Positions 53,121 through 64,000 of a stretch of 64,000 nt of DNA are shown in pieces. A program made the position numbers and the translations under genes. The stretch is taken from positions 352,001-416,000 of the forward strand of contig CBDANS010000005.1 in the NCBI GenBank assembly GCA_965197745.1, in the 5' to 3' direction. This DNA comes from Opitutales bacterium. Lineage in GTDB: Bacteria; Verrucomicrobiota; Verrucomicrobiia; Opitutales; PNEW01. The notes under the pieces were generated by a model. That model was not told the DNA's origin. It ran no database searches and saw only the letters and a list, made by a program, of their open reading frames with translations. Position 1 is the first letter of the stretch, and every line of letters begins with the position of its first letter.

Positions 53121-55544
53121 TCAGGCATTATCTTCCAAGACTTCAACTATTTTCGAGATGCCGATAAGTTTATCACTTTTCGAGAGATTGATGAGTTTGA
53201 CTCCTTGTGTCGTGCGGCCAATGATGCGTATGTCTTTAACGGGAGAACGCACGGCTTGTCCAGACTGAGTCAGCATCATGATTTCATCATTTTCATGAAC
53301 ACTGAGAGCCCCTGCGATGTTTGAAGATCGTATGGCGATAATTCCATTGCCTGCCCGATGCTGCAATCGGTACTGATCAAAATTAGTGCGTTTACCCTGG
53401 CCGTTTTCTCCGGCGATGAGGAGGGTTGAGTCGCTGTCAACGACTTCAAGCGTTTCGACAAAATCACTTTTTTTCAAAGCTATACCTTTTACTCCACGAG
53501 TGGCCCGCCCCTGATCACGTAAATCAGTCTCCTTAAAGCGAATGGACATTCCTTTATGGGAAATGAGAACAAGCTCATTTTCTCCCTGGGTAAGTTTTAC
53601 TCCGATTAATTCATCATCTTTGTCTATATTTATACCAATAATTCCACCCCGTCGATAATTCCGATAATGATGGAGATTGGTCTTTTTGGAAATCCCTTTG
53701 CGCGTGCACATGATGAGATGCTCTTGATTGGTAAATTCTTTTACGCAAAGCATGGCTGCAATTTTTTCGTCTTTCTGCATCGTGAGCACATTCACCACTG
53801 AACGACCTTTAGAAACACGGGTTCCTTCTGGTATATCATAGACCTTCTCGACATAGACACGACCGTTATTCATAAAAAACATGATGAAGTCATGGGTGCT
53901 GGCCGTAAAAAGATTTTCAACAAAATCCTCATCGTGAGAGCCAGTCCCGATTACCCCTTTCCCTCCTCTTCTTTGTGAGCGATAGGAACTTACCGGAGTG
54001 CGTTTGATGAACCCATTGTGCGTAACGGTTATAATGCAACCTTCGTTGGCAATGATATCCTCCATGCGAAATTCCCCTTCTGCGGCCATCAGCTGGGTGC
54101 GCCTCGGATTGTTGTATTTTTCTTTAAGCTCGAGTAGTTCGCTTTTAATCAATCCAAGCAGCTCATTATCATCGTTGAGAATTTGTTTCAATTCCTTGAT
54201 GCGCTTCATGAGCTCACGGTATTCAGTTTCAATTTTTTCTCTCTCCATGCCCGTGAGCTGGTAAAGACGAAGATCGAGAATGGCATTGGCCTGTCTATCG
54301 GAAAGAGGATATTTTGCGATCAGACTTTTTTTCGCAGCATCCCTGTCAGCGCTGGCGCGTATTATTTTAACAAAGTCATCCAGATTGGTTAGAGCAGTTT
54401 TATATCCCTCCAGGATATGCGCACGGTCTAATGCCTTATTAAGACGAAACTCTGTTCGCCTGTAGACGACCTCGCGGCGGTGCTCAATATAACACATGAG
54501 CATTTCCTTTATGTTCATTTCTTTCGGCCGGCGCTGATCAAGAGCGAGAAGGATGACGCCAAACGAGGATTCCATGGGGGTCATTTTAAATAGCTTGTTG
54601 ACAATGACGCGCGGCACTATTCCCCGTTTCAATTCAATAACAATACGGGTGTTTTCATCGGACTCGTCACGAAGGTCGCTGATTCCATCAAGTGACTTGA
54701 GTTGAACCAGCTCGGCAATTTTCGTAACCATACTCGATCGGTTAACGTTATAAGGAATTTCCGTGATAATTAATTGTTCCTTGCCGCCTTTTAGTTCCTC
54801 CGTGTGCATGGATCCACGAACTTTTATAATCCCGCGACCGCTTTTCATGTATTTCTCTATACCTTCCATACCCATGATTGCACCACCGGTTGGAAAGTCA
54901 GGGCCCGGTATGATTTTTATTAACTCTTCGACAGCTATTCCCGGGTTATCGATAATATTACCAATGGCATCAATTAACTCGCCCAGGTTGTGAGGAGGGA
55001 TATTCGTCGTCATCCCTACGGCAATACCCGTGGATCCGTTCATTAGTAAATTAGGCAATGCGGCCGGTAGCACACTTGGCTCTGTCGTGCTCTCTTTATA
55101 ATTCGGTTCAAAGTTGACGGTATTTTCATCGATGCTACGCAGCATTTCCTCCGTAAGTTCGGTAAGACGGCATTCGGTATAGCGGTAAGCTGCGGGGGGG
55201 TCACCGTCGATTGAACCAAAGTTTCCTTGAGGGGCAATGAGTGGGTAGCGCATCACCCAGTCTTCTGCCATACGAACAAGAGTGTCATAGACGGAGGCGT
55301 CCCCGTGGGGGTGGTAGTTTTTCAGAACCTCGCCAACGACACCCGCACACTTATCATAAGCGCGATTGTGCACGAGGCCTTCTCGCAGCATCGCGTATAA
55401 GATGCGACGTTGTACCGGTTTTAGTCCATCTCTAGCATCGGGAAGAGCACGACTGATAATGACCGACATCGAATAATCGATGTAAGCCGTTTGCATAATC
55501 TCAGTGATATTAGTCGTAATCGGGGCTTCATTTTCTGTATACAT
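53121..55544 (-). CDS. gyrA: DNA gyrase subunit A
   Basis: DGLKPVQRR, YHPHGD, RYTE, GyrA-box QRRGGKG, C-terminal pinwheel repeats. Confidence 0.98.
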   Translation of the reverse strand: MYTENEAPITTNITEIMQTAYIDYSMSVIISRALPDARDGLKPVQRRILYAMLREGLVHNRAYDKCAGVVGEVLKNYHPHGDASVYDTLVRMAEDWVMRYPLIAPQGNFGSIDGDPPAAYRYTECRLTELTEEMLRSIDENTVNFEPNYKESTTEPSVLPAALPNLLMNGSTGIAVGMTTNIPPHNLGELIDAIGNIIDNPGIAVEELIKIIPGPDFPTGGAIMGMEGIEKYMKSGRGIIKVRGSMHTEELKGGKEQLIITEIPYNVNRSSMVTKIAELVQLKSLDGISDLRDESDENTRIVIELKRGIVPRVIVNKLFKMTPMESSFGVILLALDQRRPKEMNIKEMLMCYIEHRREVVYRRTEFRLNKALDRAHILEGYKTALTNLDDFVKIIRASADRDAAKKSLIAKYPLSDRQANAILDLRLYQLTGMEREKIETEYRELMKRIKELKQILNDDNELLGLIKSELLELKEKYNNPRRTQLMAAEGEFRMEDIIANEGCIITVTHNGFIKRTPVSSYRSQRRGGKGVIGTGSHDEDFVENLFTASTHDFIMFFMNNGRVYVEKVYDIPEGTRVSKGRSVVNVLTMQKDEKIAAMLCVKEFTNQEHLIMCTRKGISKKTNLHHYRNYRRGGIIGINIDKDDELIGVKLTQGENELVLISHKGMSIRFKETDLRDQGRATRGVKGIALKKSDFVETLEVVDSDSTLLIAGENGQGKRTNFDQYRLQHRAGNGIIAIRSSNIAGALSVHENDEIMMLTQSGQAVRSPVKDIRIIGRTTQGVKLINLSKSDKLIGISKIVEVLEDNA

Positions 55545-55591
55545 GGAGAGGAATTAAAATATTTTATATGGACTTATTTTTTGGAAACGCA

Positions 55592-58135
<2,544 letters not shown>

Positions 58136-58256
58136 CTACTTGGGATAATTGCGAATATATTTTGCAATATTTAGCAATAAAAATGGATTATTAATTAACC
58201 TTATTAGTATTGATTTTTAGATTGCTACCGGGCTTCCAGATATAATACTCGGGTCT

Positions 58257-58670
58257 GTGAAACTCTCTTTAAAAGTAGAGTATGCCTGCCGGGTGCTCGC
58301 CCAGTTAGCGCGTTCTCAGGGAAATCAGCAACTATCTCATATAGAAGATCTTGCAAAGGCTGAACAAATTCCGGCCAACTATCTTGTGCAAATTCTGAAT
58401 GAATTGCGAAATGGGGGGGTAATCATCAGTCGCCGTGGTAAACTGGGAGGCTATGCGCTGGCGAAAAAACCCGAGGATATCACGCTCTATGAAGTGATCC
58501 GGGTAATCGAAGGTGAAGTCCTGGAGATGAACTTCACAGGCAATGGACAATCGGGCCTTAGAGTGTCACAGGTATGGGAAGAAATTGCCCGGAATCTGGA
58601 AGCAAATATGCATGAGTACACGCTTCAGGATTTTCTCCAGCCTGATTCAGAAGCGATGTATTATATCTGA
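58257..58670 (+). CDS. Rrf2-family regulator, CymR-like
   Basis: YLVQIL, SRRGKLGGYAL, ITLYEV; lacks the IscR/NsrR Cys triad; ends in MYYI. Confidence 0.9.
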   Translation: MKLSLKVEYACRVLAQLARSQGNQQLSHIEDLAKAEQIPANYLVQILNELRNGGVIISRRGKLGGYALAKKPEDITLYEVIRVIEGEVLEMNFTGNGQSGLRVSQVWEEIARNLEANMHEYTLQDFLQPDSEAMYYI

Positions 58671-58674
58671 TAAA

Positions 58675-58820
58675 AGGTGCCGGGCATATTGGGGCACACC
58701 CATTAGCACATTTATGAGGGTTCGCTACTTGCCGTATTGTCTGCTTGTAAACTGAAATTGGTAGGGTTGTATTTTTCCCTGAATTGTAAACTTAGGACCA
58801 TCTTCTAAAGGTCGGCATTT
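58675..58820 (+). ncRNA. Candidate rod-like structured RNA
   Basis: Terminal stem AGGTGCCG/CGGCATTT with nested TTGGGG/TTCTAA, TTTATGA/TTGTAAA, GGG/CCC and CTAC/GTAG; folded by eye only. Confidence 0.3.
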
Positions 58821-58844
58821 AATAATCTACTTGAGAATATTATG

Positions 58845-59456
58845 TTAAACGAGGATCTCCGTGTACTCGGTAATCCATTGCTTTAAATTATTAATTAATG
58901 ATTCTAATTCCTGCGACGATAAGCTCTGTTCATTAACCGGGTGTTTGAGGACAGATGCGACAGAATTACGTTGGGCGGCGCTTTGAGAATTCCACCAATG
59001 CTCTTTTATCGGATACCCTTCAGATCCAGCGAAAAGGTATAGTGATTTAAAAAAAACGACATCCGGTCTGATATTAGACTCCCAGCTTTCCAGTGCTTTT
59101 GCGCATAAGTTATAAGAGCTGGATGAATAATCAGCATGGTTAAGCGTTCTTGTCAGGATGCGGGCAAAATTAGAAGCATAGAAAAAGCTGGGATAGTCGT
59201 TTCCTATCGATTGAAAACGTTTCAATAGCTGATAATCGCGAATGAACCATACATTACTTTGCGTCGGTTGTTCTAATTCTACCAGGGCATAGTCAAAGAG
59301 GTCGGGTTGCGCCTTAGTTGAGGACTTGCTTGCCCTGCGTTTTAAACACAGTATTAATCCCTGGTTCTCAGCGAGGATGTAATATTTCAGGTGAGATTCG
59401 CCAGTGGTATCCTTACTTAATAAGAATCCTTCAATTGAAAGAAGGCGCCCCGCCAT
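58845..59456 (-). CDS. recO: DNA repair protein RecO (divergent, short)
   Basis: N-terminal OB-like segment (GFLL..GES..ENQG..DLF), helical EGY.. segment; typical position after phoH-ybeY. Confidence 0.65.
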   Translation of the reverse strand: MAGRLLSIEGFLLSKDTTGESHLKYYILAENQGLILCLKRRASKSSTKAQPDLFDYALVELEQPTQSNVWFIRDYQLLKRFQSIGNDYPSFFYASNFARILTRTLNHADYSSSSYNLCAKALESWESNIRPDVVFFKSLYLFAGSEGYPIKEHWWNSQSAAQRNSVASVLKHPVNEQSLSSQELESLINNLKQWITEYTEILV

Positions 59457-59476
59457 ACCACTCAGTCCTTTATCGC

Positions 59477-60184
59477 TTAGGTAGCTGTTCCTGTTTTTGT
59501 ATTATTCTCTGCAGTGACAATTTCCGGATTACGCACCTCTATCATTTCTTGCCTTTTGCTATTTACATTAAAATGAGGGACGACCGCTCCACCAGAAACA
59601 ATCAGTTTCATCCCTTCGGCGACACTCATCTCCAATTCTTTAACTTCATCCTTCGGGACCATGACAAGATATCCGCTGGTTGGATTGGGAGTGGTGGGAA
59701 GGAATACATTAATTATATCCTGGGTCGTCATTTCCTGTACTTCTCCTTTTCCATGCCCTGTTAAAAACCCCATGGCAAATACTCCTTTGCGCGGAAATTC
59801 AATAAGTACCACTTTCTGAAACACCGATTTTTTTTGCTGAACAAAAGTATCAATGATTTGTTTGACCGTGTTATAGACCGTTTTGGCAAAAGGTAAACTG
59901 GTAATCATGCGCTCTGTCATCCGGACAAAGAATTTTCCGAGAAAATATTTTGAAAACCATCCCAGGAGGGTAATCAGAACAAGGACGATTAAAGTAGCAA
60001 GAAAGTTTAGAAAAGCGGATAGAATGGCCTTATCAAAAATTTCATCAGGTATGAAAAAAAAGAAAAGTTGTGTGGTGGGAGCCCCAATCATCTCAATGAG
60101 GATGCGAATCACATATATCGTAACCGCCACGGGTGCGAGAACAAGCATCCCGGACACAAAGGCATTCCGTATAGCTTTTAGCAT
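59477..60184 (-). CDS. DUF502 membrane protein
   Basis: Two TM helices, VLIEFPRKG, FLPTTPNPTSG, IVSGG. Confidence 0.9.
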   Translation of the reverse strand: MLKAIRNAFVSGMLVLAPVAVTIYVIRILIEMIGAPTTQLFFFFIPDEIFDKAILSAFLNFLATLIVLVLITLLGWFSKYFLGKFFVRMTERMITSLPFAKTVYNTVKQIIDTFVQQKKSVFQKVVLIEFPRKGVFAMGFLTGHGKGEVQEMTTQDIINVFLPTTPNPTSGYLVMVPKDEVKELEMSVAEGMKLIVSGGAVVPHFNVNSKRQEMIEVRNPEIVTAENNTKTGTAT

Positions 60185-60266
60185 AGCAACTGAAGGATAA
60201 AAATGCTCACATCTAAAGAGATATTCAGTCTGTATATTCTAACAAGATTAAAAACAAAATATTTAT

Positions 60267-60746
60267 TTAAGAAATAGCAAAAGGGGGAATTTTATTCGAC
60301 TTATCTAAAGCCTCCATAATTTTATTCTCTGCCTGGCGTATGGCATCGCGTCCATTTACACTTTTATCTTCGTGGCCAGCGAGGTGCAGCCATCCATGGA
60401 CTAAGTAGAGGGTAATTTCCCTGGCCAGGGTAAAACCGTTTTCGGATACATAGTGTTCGGCAAAATCGATACTAACACAGATTTCACCGGCAAAATCCAT
60501 TTTGGGATCACCTTGAAAAGTAATAACGTCTGTAGCGTGTGGATCATTGAAATATTTTTCATGCAATCGCCTTATCTCTTTTTCGTCGACAAACGCTACT
60601 GATAACTCACCGTCAGGTATGGTTTCAGGCTGGATGTGGTTATCCAGGAAGTGGAAGAGTGAGCAAACTTGTGTGGCCTGATTTTGCAAGCGCTTGCATC
60701 GATTAATGACTTGAACGTTGCGTTGCTTTCTCTTCGATTGGGGCAT
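60267..60746 (-). CDS. ybeY: rRNA maturation endoribonuclease YbeY
   Basis: ATDVITF, GEI, HGWLHLAG; start uncertain (60752 or 60746), overlaps the upstream gene. Confidence 0.9.
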   Translation of the reverse strand: MPQSKRKQRNVQVINRCKRLQNQATQVCSLFHFLDNHIQPETIPDGELSVAFVDEKEIRRLHEKYFNDPHATDVITFQGDPKMDFAGEICVSIDFAEHYVSENGFTLAREITLYLVHGWLHLAGHEDKSVNGRDAIRQAENKIMEALDKSNKIPPFAIS

Positions 60747-63177
60747 CAGCATTACTGAGTTTAGCGGGGCTTATCGGTGAAGGGGATTCTGTAACAGGGG
60801 TGGTTTTAACATTTGCTGCTTCTTCGGATTTTTTTTCTTCCATTGATTCTTTTTTAGGATAGTCCACCCGGGTGTGAAGCATATTGAGAAGGGTGAAAGA
60901 GAAACTGCTTTTAAGATCCTTTACTTCTTCAAAAGTAAGAGGACAGTCCGAGAGCTGACCCCCTTCTATTCTTTCATTGCATATACTATCGATCAAATCA
61001 TTTACGGCCTGGGGCGAAATTTTTCGCAGGCTTCGGCTTGCCGCTTCAATTGAGTCAGCAAGTAATATAATGGTACTCTCTGTGAATTGTGGCTTGGGTC
61101 CGTCATAGCGGTAGGTGCTTTCATTGACTTTGTCGAGTTCGACTTTAGGCGCGTTTGGGAAATCCCATGCAGTATGTTCATTTTGTTTTTTCAAGGCTTT
61201 GTAGTAGAAGTACTGGATAAGAGATGTCCCATGATGCTGTTGGATAACATCGGTAATAAGCTTTGGTAATTTGTTTTGTTGTGCCAGTTGCATCCCTTCT
61301 TTGACATGACTTTTTATGACAAGAGCGCTTATCGATGGATTTTGAACAAGGTGTGGATTTATTCCCTGTCGCTGATTCTCCGTAAAATATTCGGGTTTCA
61401 CCGTTTTGCCTATATCGTGAAAAAGGGAACAAACACGACAGACAAGGGGGTTTGCTCCAATAGCTGCAGCTCCATTTTCGGCGAGATTAGCGACCATAAG
61501 ACTGTGGTGATAGCTTCCCGGGGCAAGGACCTGCATGCGACGAAGTAGGGGGTGATTATAATCGGTAAGCTCGAGCAATGATATATCGGTCGTATATTTG
61601 AATAATTGTTCGAGGATAGGCAAAAAACCTAAGACGATTATCCCTGTAGCGATACCTACGAGTTGGGCCGCAAACATTTGTTTCGCGATAATTATCAAGT
61701 CCAGGGCGTCGCGTAAACCTAAGAAAAATGTGCATAATGCCAGGCAGAGCCCGGCAAACGCGCCCGCTCTCACGACACGTGCACGAAGTTGAATATTTCG
61801 GCAATAATATATACCTACAATTGAAGAGAGGAAAGTGATCAGGAGGAGGGGAAGGGCGTTACCGAGCATTACGGCGTTGAAAATACTGATTACTAAGGCG
61901 ACAAATATGCCGGGACCTACTCCAATTAGAATTGCGACAATTATTGGACCTAGGGCGGTGGGTGCCAGGTAGGGTAATATCGCAATCAAAGTATTTGATT
62001 TCTGGTTAAGAATTCCGATTTCACCAAATTCAAATATGAGTCGAATAATGGCCAGGTTTAACAATATAACTACCGCCGCGAGAGCTAGCTCTCTGTTGTG
62101 TGAACTTAATTGTCGGCTTTTTGCTTTAATACAAATAATTGATGATAGGAGGACCGCAAAAGTCATTAATACACGCTCCCAAAACAATGAGTTGAAGCTA
62201 AAACCTGCGTCTAAAATTTTATTTAATGATTTTCTATAGGCATTTAACTTTTCAATATCTAAGGAGAGAACTTTAGATCCGGGCTCAATGATTGTCTCTC
62301 CTTCCTCAACCGAAACAATTACCGGGTCGACACTGGCCAGCACTTGTTGAATGCGCTCCTCGCTTTTCACGGGATCGTATACCAGGTTCGGTGTAAGACC
62401 GTTGCGCAATAAGCGGTAGAGGGCAGCTGATGCTTCACGGGTAATATCTAAGGCTAGAAGATTGATGCGAAGGGAACGCAAAGCGTCTTCTTCTGATTGC
62501 ATTTCAACCTGGGCAATATGACCAGTCTCTTTTTGAATATTAAAAAAACTTAATCTACCGGTTTGTAGTTTTATTTCAGAATGTTCTGCATCATAAATGC
62601 CCTCCCGAAAAATATCCTGCATAATTTTCAGGCTCTCTTCAAAGGCTACAGCGCGCTGTTCATCATCCAACTCGATGTCGATTATTGATAAATCTTCAGG
62701 ATCGAGATTATACGAGCCTCTCGGTTCGAAATCTTGAGCAAAGTTGGCAATCGCAAATTGTTTTTCGGACGCCGGGAGTTCATGTATCTTTCTGTTTAAC
62801 TCATCGAGGGCTGCAGTTAATCGTTCAATATAACCGGCAAATTTTTCATAGGGAGTGAAATCGAGTCGGTAGATTGGAGGGACACGCCGCCTTCGACTGT
62901 CAATAAGGGACTCGGTGCGAATCTCACTTTCATAGGTAAAAGCAGTTTCCGCCACGATACGAATGCGTGCGATCTGATCCGGTAGAATTTGTGGTCCTGC
63001 CGGAGATAAACCAACGAAGCAGACAAATATGACAAGGACCGCGAAAGTTAATAACAAGGCGACGGAAATTAACTGGCTGGTGCCGAAAATACCTCGAGAA
63101 CCAGAATTATTCCCAACTGTTTGCTTGCGTCTGAAAATCGCGGAGCGTGCTTTACTGAATGCTTTAGATAGCGCCAT
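60703..63177 (-). CDS. 7TM-HD phosphohydrolase (PgpH-like)
   Basis: Extracytoplasmic domain, multiple TM helices, APGSYHHS, FHDIGK, QHHGT, LADSIEAASR. Confidence 0.92.
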   Translation of the reverse strand: MALSKAFSKARSAIFRRKQTVGNNSGSRGIFGTSQLISVALLLTFAVLVIFVCFVGLSPAGPQILPDQIARIRIVAETAFTYESEIRTESLIDSRRRRVPPIYRLDFTPYEKFAGYIERLTAALDELNRKIHELPASEKQFAIANFAQDFEPRGSYNLDPEDLSIIDIELDDEQRAVAFEESLKIMQDIFREGIYDAEHSEIKLQTGRLSFFNIQKETGHIAQVEMQSEEDALRSLRINLLALDITREASAALYRLLRNGLTPNLVYDPVKSEERIQQVLASVDPVIVSVEEGETIIEPGSKVLSLDIEKLNAYRKSLNKILDAGFSFNSLFWERVLMTFAVLLSSIICIKAKSRQLSSHNRELALAAVVILLNLAIIRLIFEFGEIGILNQKSNTLIAILPYLAPTALGPIIVAILIGVGPGIFVALVISIFNAVMLGNALPLLLITFLSSIVGIYYCRNIQLRARVVRAGAFAGLCLALCTFFLGLRDALDLIIIAKQMFAAQLVGIATGIIVLGFLPILEQLFKYTTDISLLELTDYNHPLLRRMQVLAPGSYHHSLMVANLAENGAAAIGANPLVCRVCSLFHDIGKTVKPEYFTENQRQGINPHLVQNPSISALVIKSHVKEGMQLAQQNKLPKLITDVIQQHHGTSLIQYFYYKALKKQNEHTAWDFPNAPKVELDKVNESTYRYDGPKPQFTESTIILLADSIEAASRSLRKISPQAVNDLIDSICNERIEGGQLSDCPLTFEEVKDLKSSFSFTLLNMLHTRVDYPKKESMEEKKSEEAANVKTTPVTESPSPISPAKLSNADAPIEEKATQRSSH

Positions 63178-63199
63178 GACTGTTTATATCGGGCCAGGA

Positions 63200-64000
63200 T
63201 TAATTATTACCACTACTATTAACCCTATTCTGATCAATCGAATTAGCGTGATGAATTTCGTAAGCTTCTATGATTTTTTGGACCAGGGGATTTCGAACTA
63301 CGTCCGAAGACTGCAAATAAAATAATTCAATATTTTTGATATGCATTAGCACTTTTGACGCTTCTTTAAGTCCGGAATTTTTAGAACTGGGAAGATCAAT
63401 CTGTGTTACGTCACCGGTGATGACCATACGACTGCGATCTCCCATGCGCGTGAGAAACATCATCATTTGCTCAGGCGTCGTATTTTGCGCTTCATCTAAG
63501 ATGACGAAGGCATTAGAAAGCGTGCGGCCCCGCATGTAAGCGAGGGGAGCGATTTCTATAGCCCCGCGCTCGATGAGGCGAGTGGAATCTTCACGACCAA
63601 GCATGGCATACATCGCATCATAAAGGGGTCTTAAATAGGGTTGAATTTTTTCCGTAAGATCACCGGGTAAAAACCCCAATGCTTCACCGGCTTCAACTGC
63701 CGGGCGAGTGAGGATAATGCGATCAACTTCTTCTTTAAGCAGCGCATCAATGGCAGCAGCCATCGCTAAATAAGTTTTCCCCGTCCCCGCAGGACCAATC
63801 CCCAAAACGATTTCGTTATTAAGTACAGCTTGAAGGTATTTTTTTTGATTAATTGTTTTGGGCACGATACTTCGATTTTTGATTCGAATTATCAAGGGGT
63901 GGTCAAAAACATCTTTGAGATCAGGACCGTGACCATTGGCTACGGTTTTTAACATGTTTTCAAAATCAGAGTCCTGAAAATTTATTCCCTGTGCCCGTCC
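63200..64000 (-). CDS. phoH: PhoH-family ATPase (5'-truncated by window)
   Basis: GPAGTGKT, RPAVEAGE.LGFLPG, MRGRTL, DEAQN, GDVTQIDL; frame open to the window edge. Confidence 0.97.
   Translation of the reverse strand, partial: GRAQGINFQDSDFENMLKTVANGHGPDLKDVFDHPLIIRIKNRSIVPKTINQKKYLQAVLNNEIVLGIGPAGTGKTYLAMAAAIDALLKEEVDRIILTRPAVEAGEALGFLPGDLTEKIQPYLRPLYDAMYAMLGREDSTRLIERGAIEIAPLAYMRGRTLSNAFVILDEAQNTTPEQMMMFLTRMGDRSRMVITGDVTQIDLPSSKNSGLKEASKVLMHIKNIELFYLQSSDVVRNPLVQKIIEAYEIHHANSIDQNRVNSSGNN

Noticed and set aside
59318..59764. 148-aa plus-strand ORF across recO and DUF502
   Set aside because: Antisense to two supported genes; no motif
60365..60400. YbeY metal motif ending GHED instead of GYDH
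   Set aside because: Asp at the third ligand position is a common variant

Overview
Core bacterial chromosome with no integrase, transposase, CRISPR array or rRNA. Gene order and protein features suggest Verrucomicrobia, probably Opitutae-like (inference, not searched). Bases 1-30.3 kb hold a contiguous tuf-tRNA(Trp)-secE-nusG-rplKAJL-rpoBC-str-S10-spc-alpha superoperon lacking rpmD, adk, infA and rpmJ. Next come guaA, hisDCBH, gltA, coaB, a PAS kinase/sigma54 activator pair, an exopolysaccharide-like cluster, tRNA-Gly, a divergent Rieske-protein/SufR-like pair, hisN, a DEDDh exonuclease, gyrBA, a CymR-like Rrf2 regulator and a phoH-pgpH-ybeY-DUF502-recO operon. Most notable: (1) an L10-leader-like RNA in front of rplL rather than rplJ, plus structured elements before rplC, rplE and rpoA; (2) an uncharacterised Rieske/His-repeat protein sharing a perfect 16-bp palindrome with a Cys-rich SufR-like regulator; (3) an in-frame TAA interrupting the EPS outer-membrane barrel gene; (4) substitutions at classical antibiotic-resistance positions in RpoB, S12, GyrA and GyrB; (5) loss of the second RpoC zinc site; (6) extensions on L17, S11 and SecY; (7) a possible ~146-nt structured RNA after the Rrf2 gene. 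All RNA folds and alignments were done by eye.
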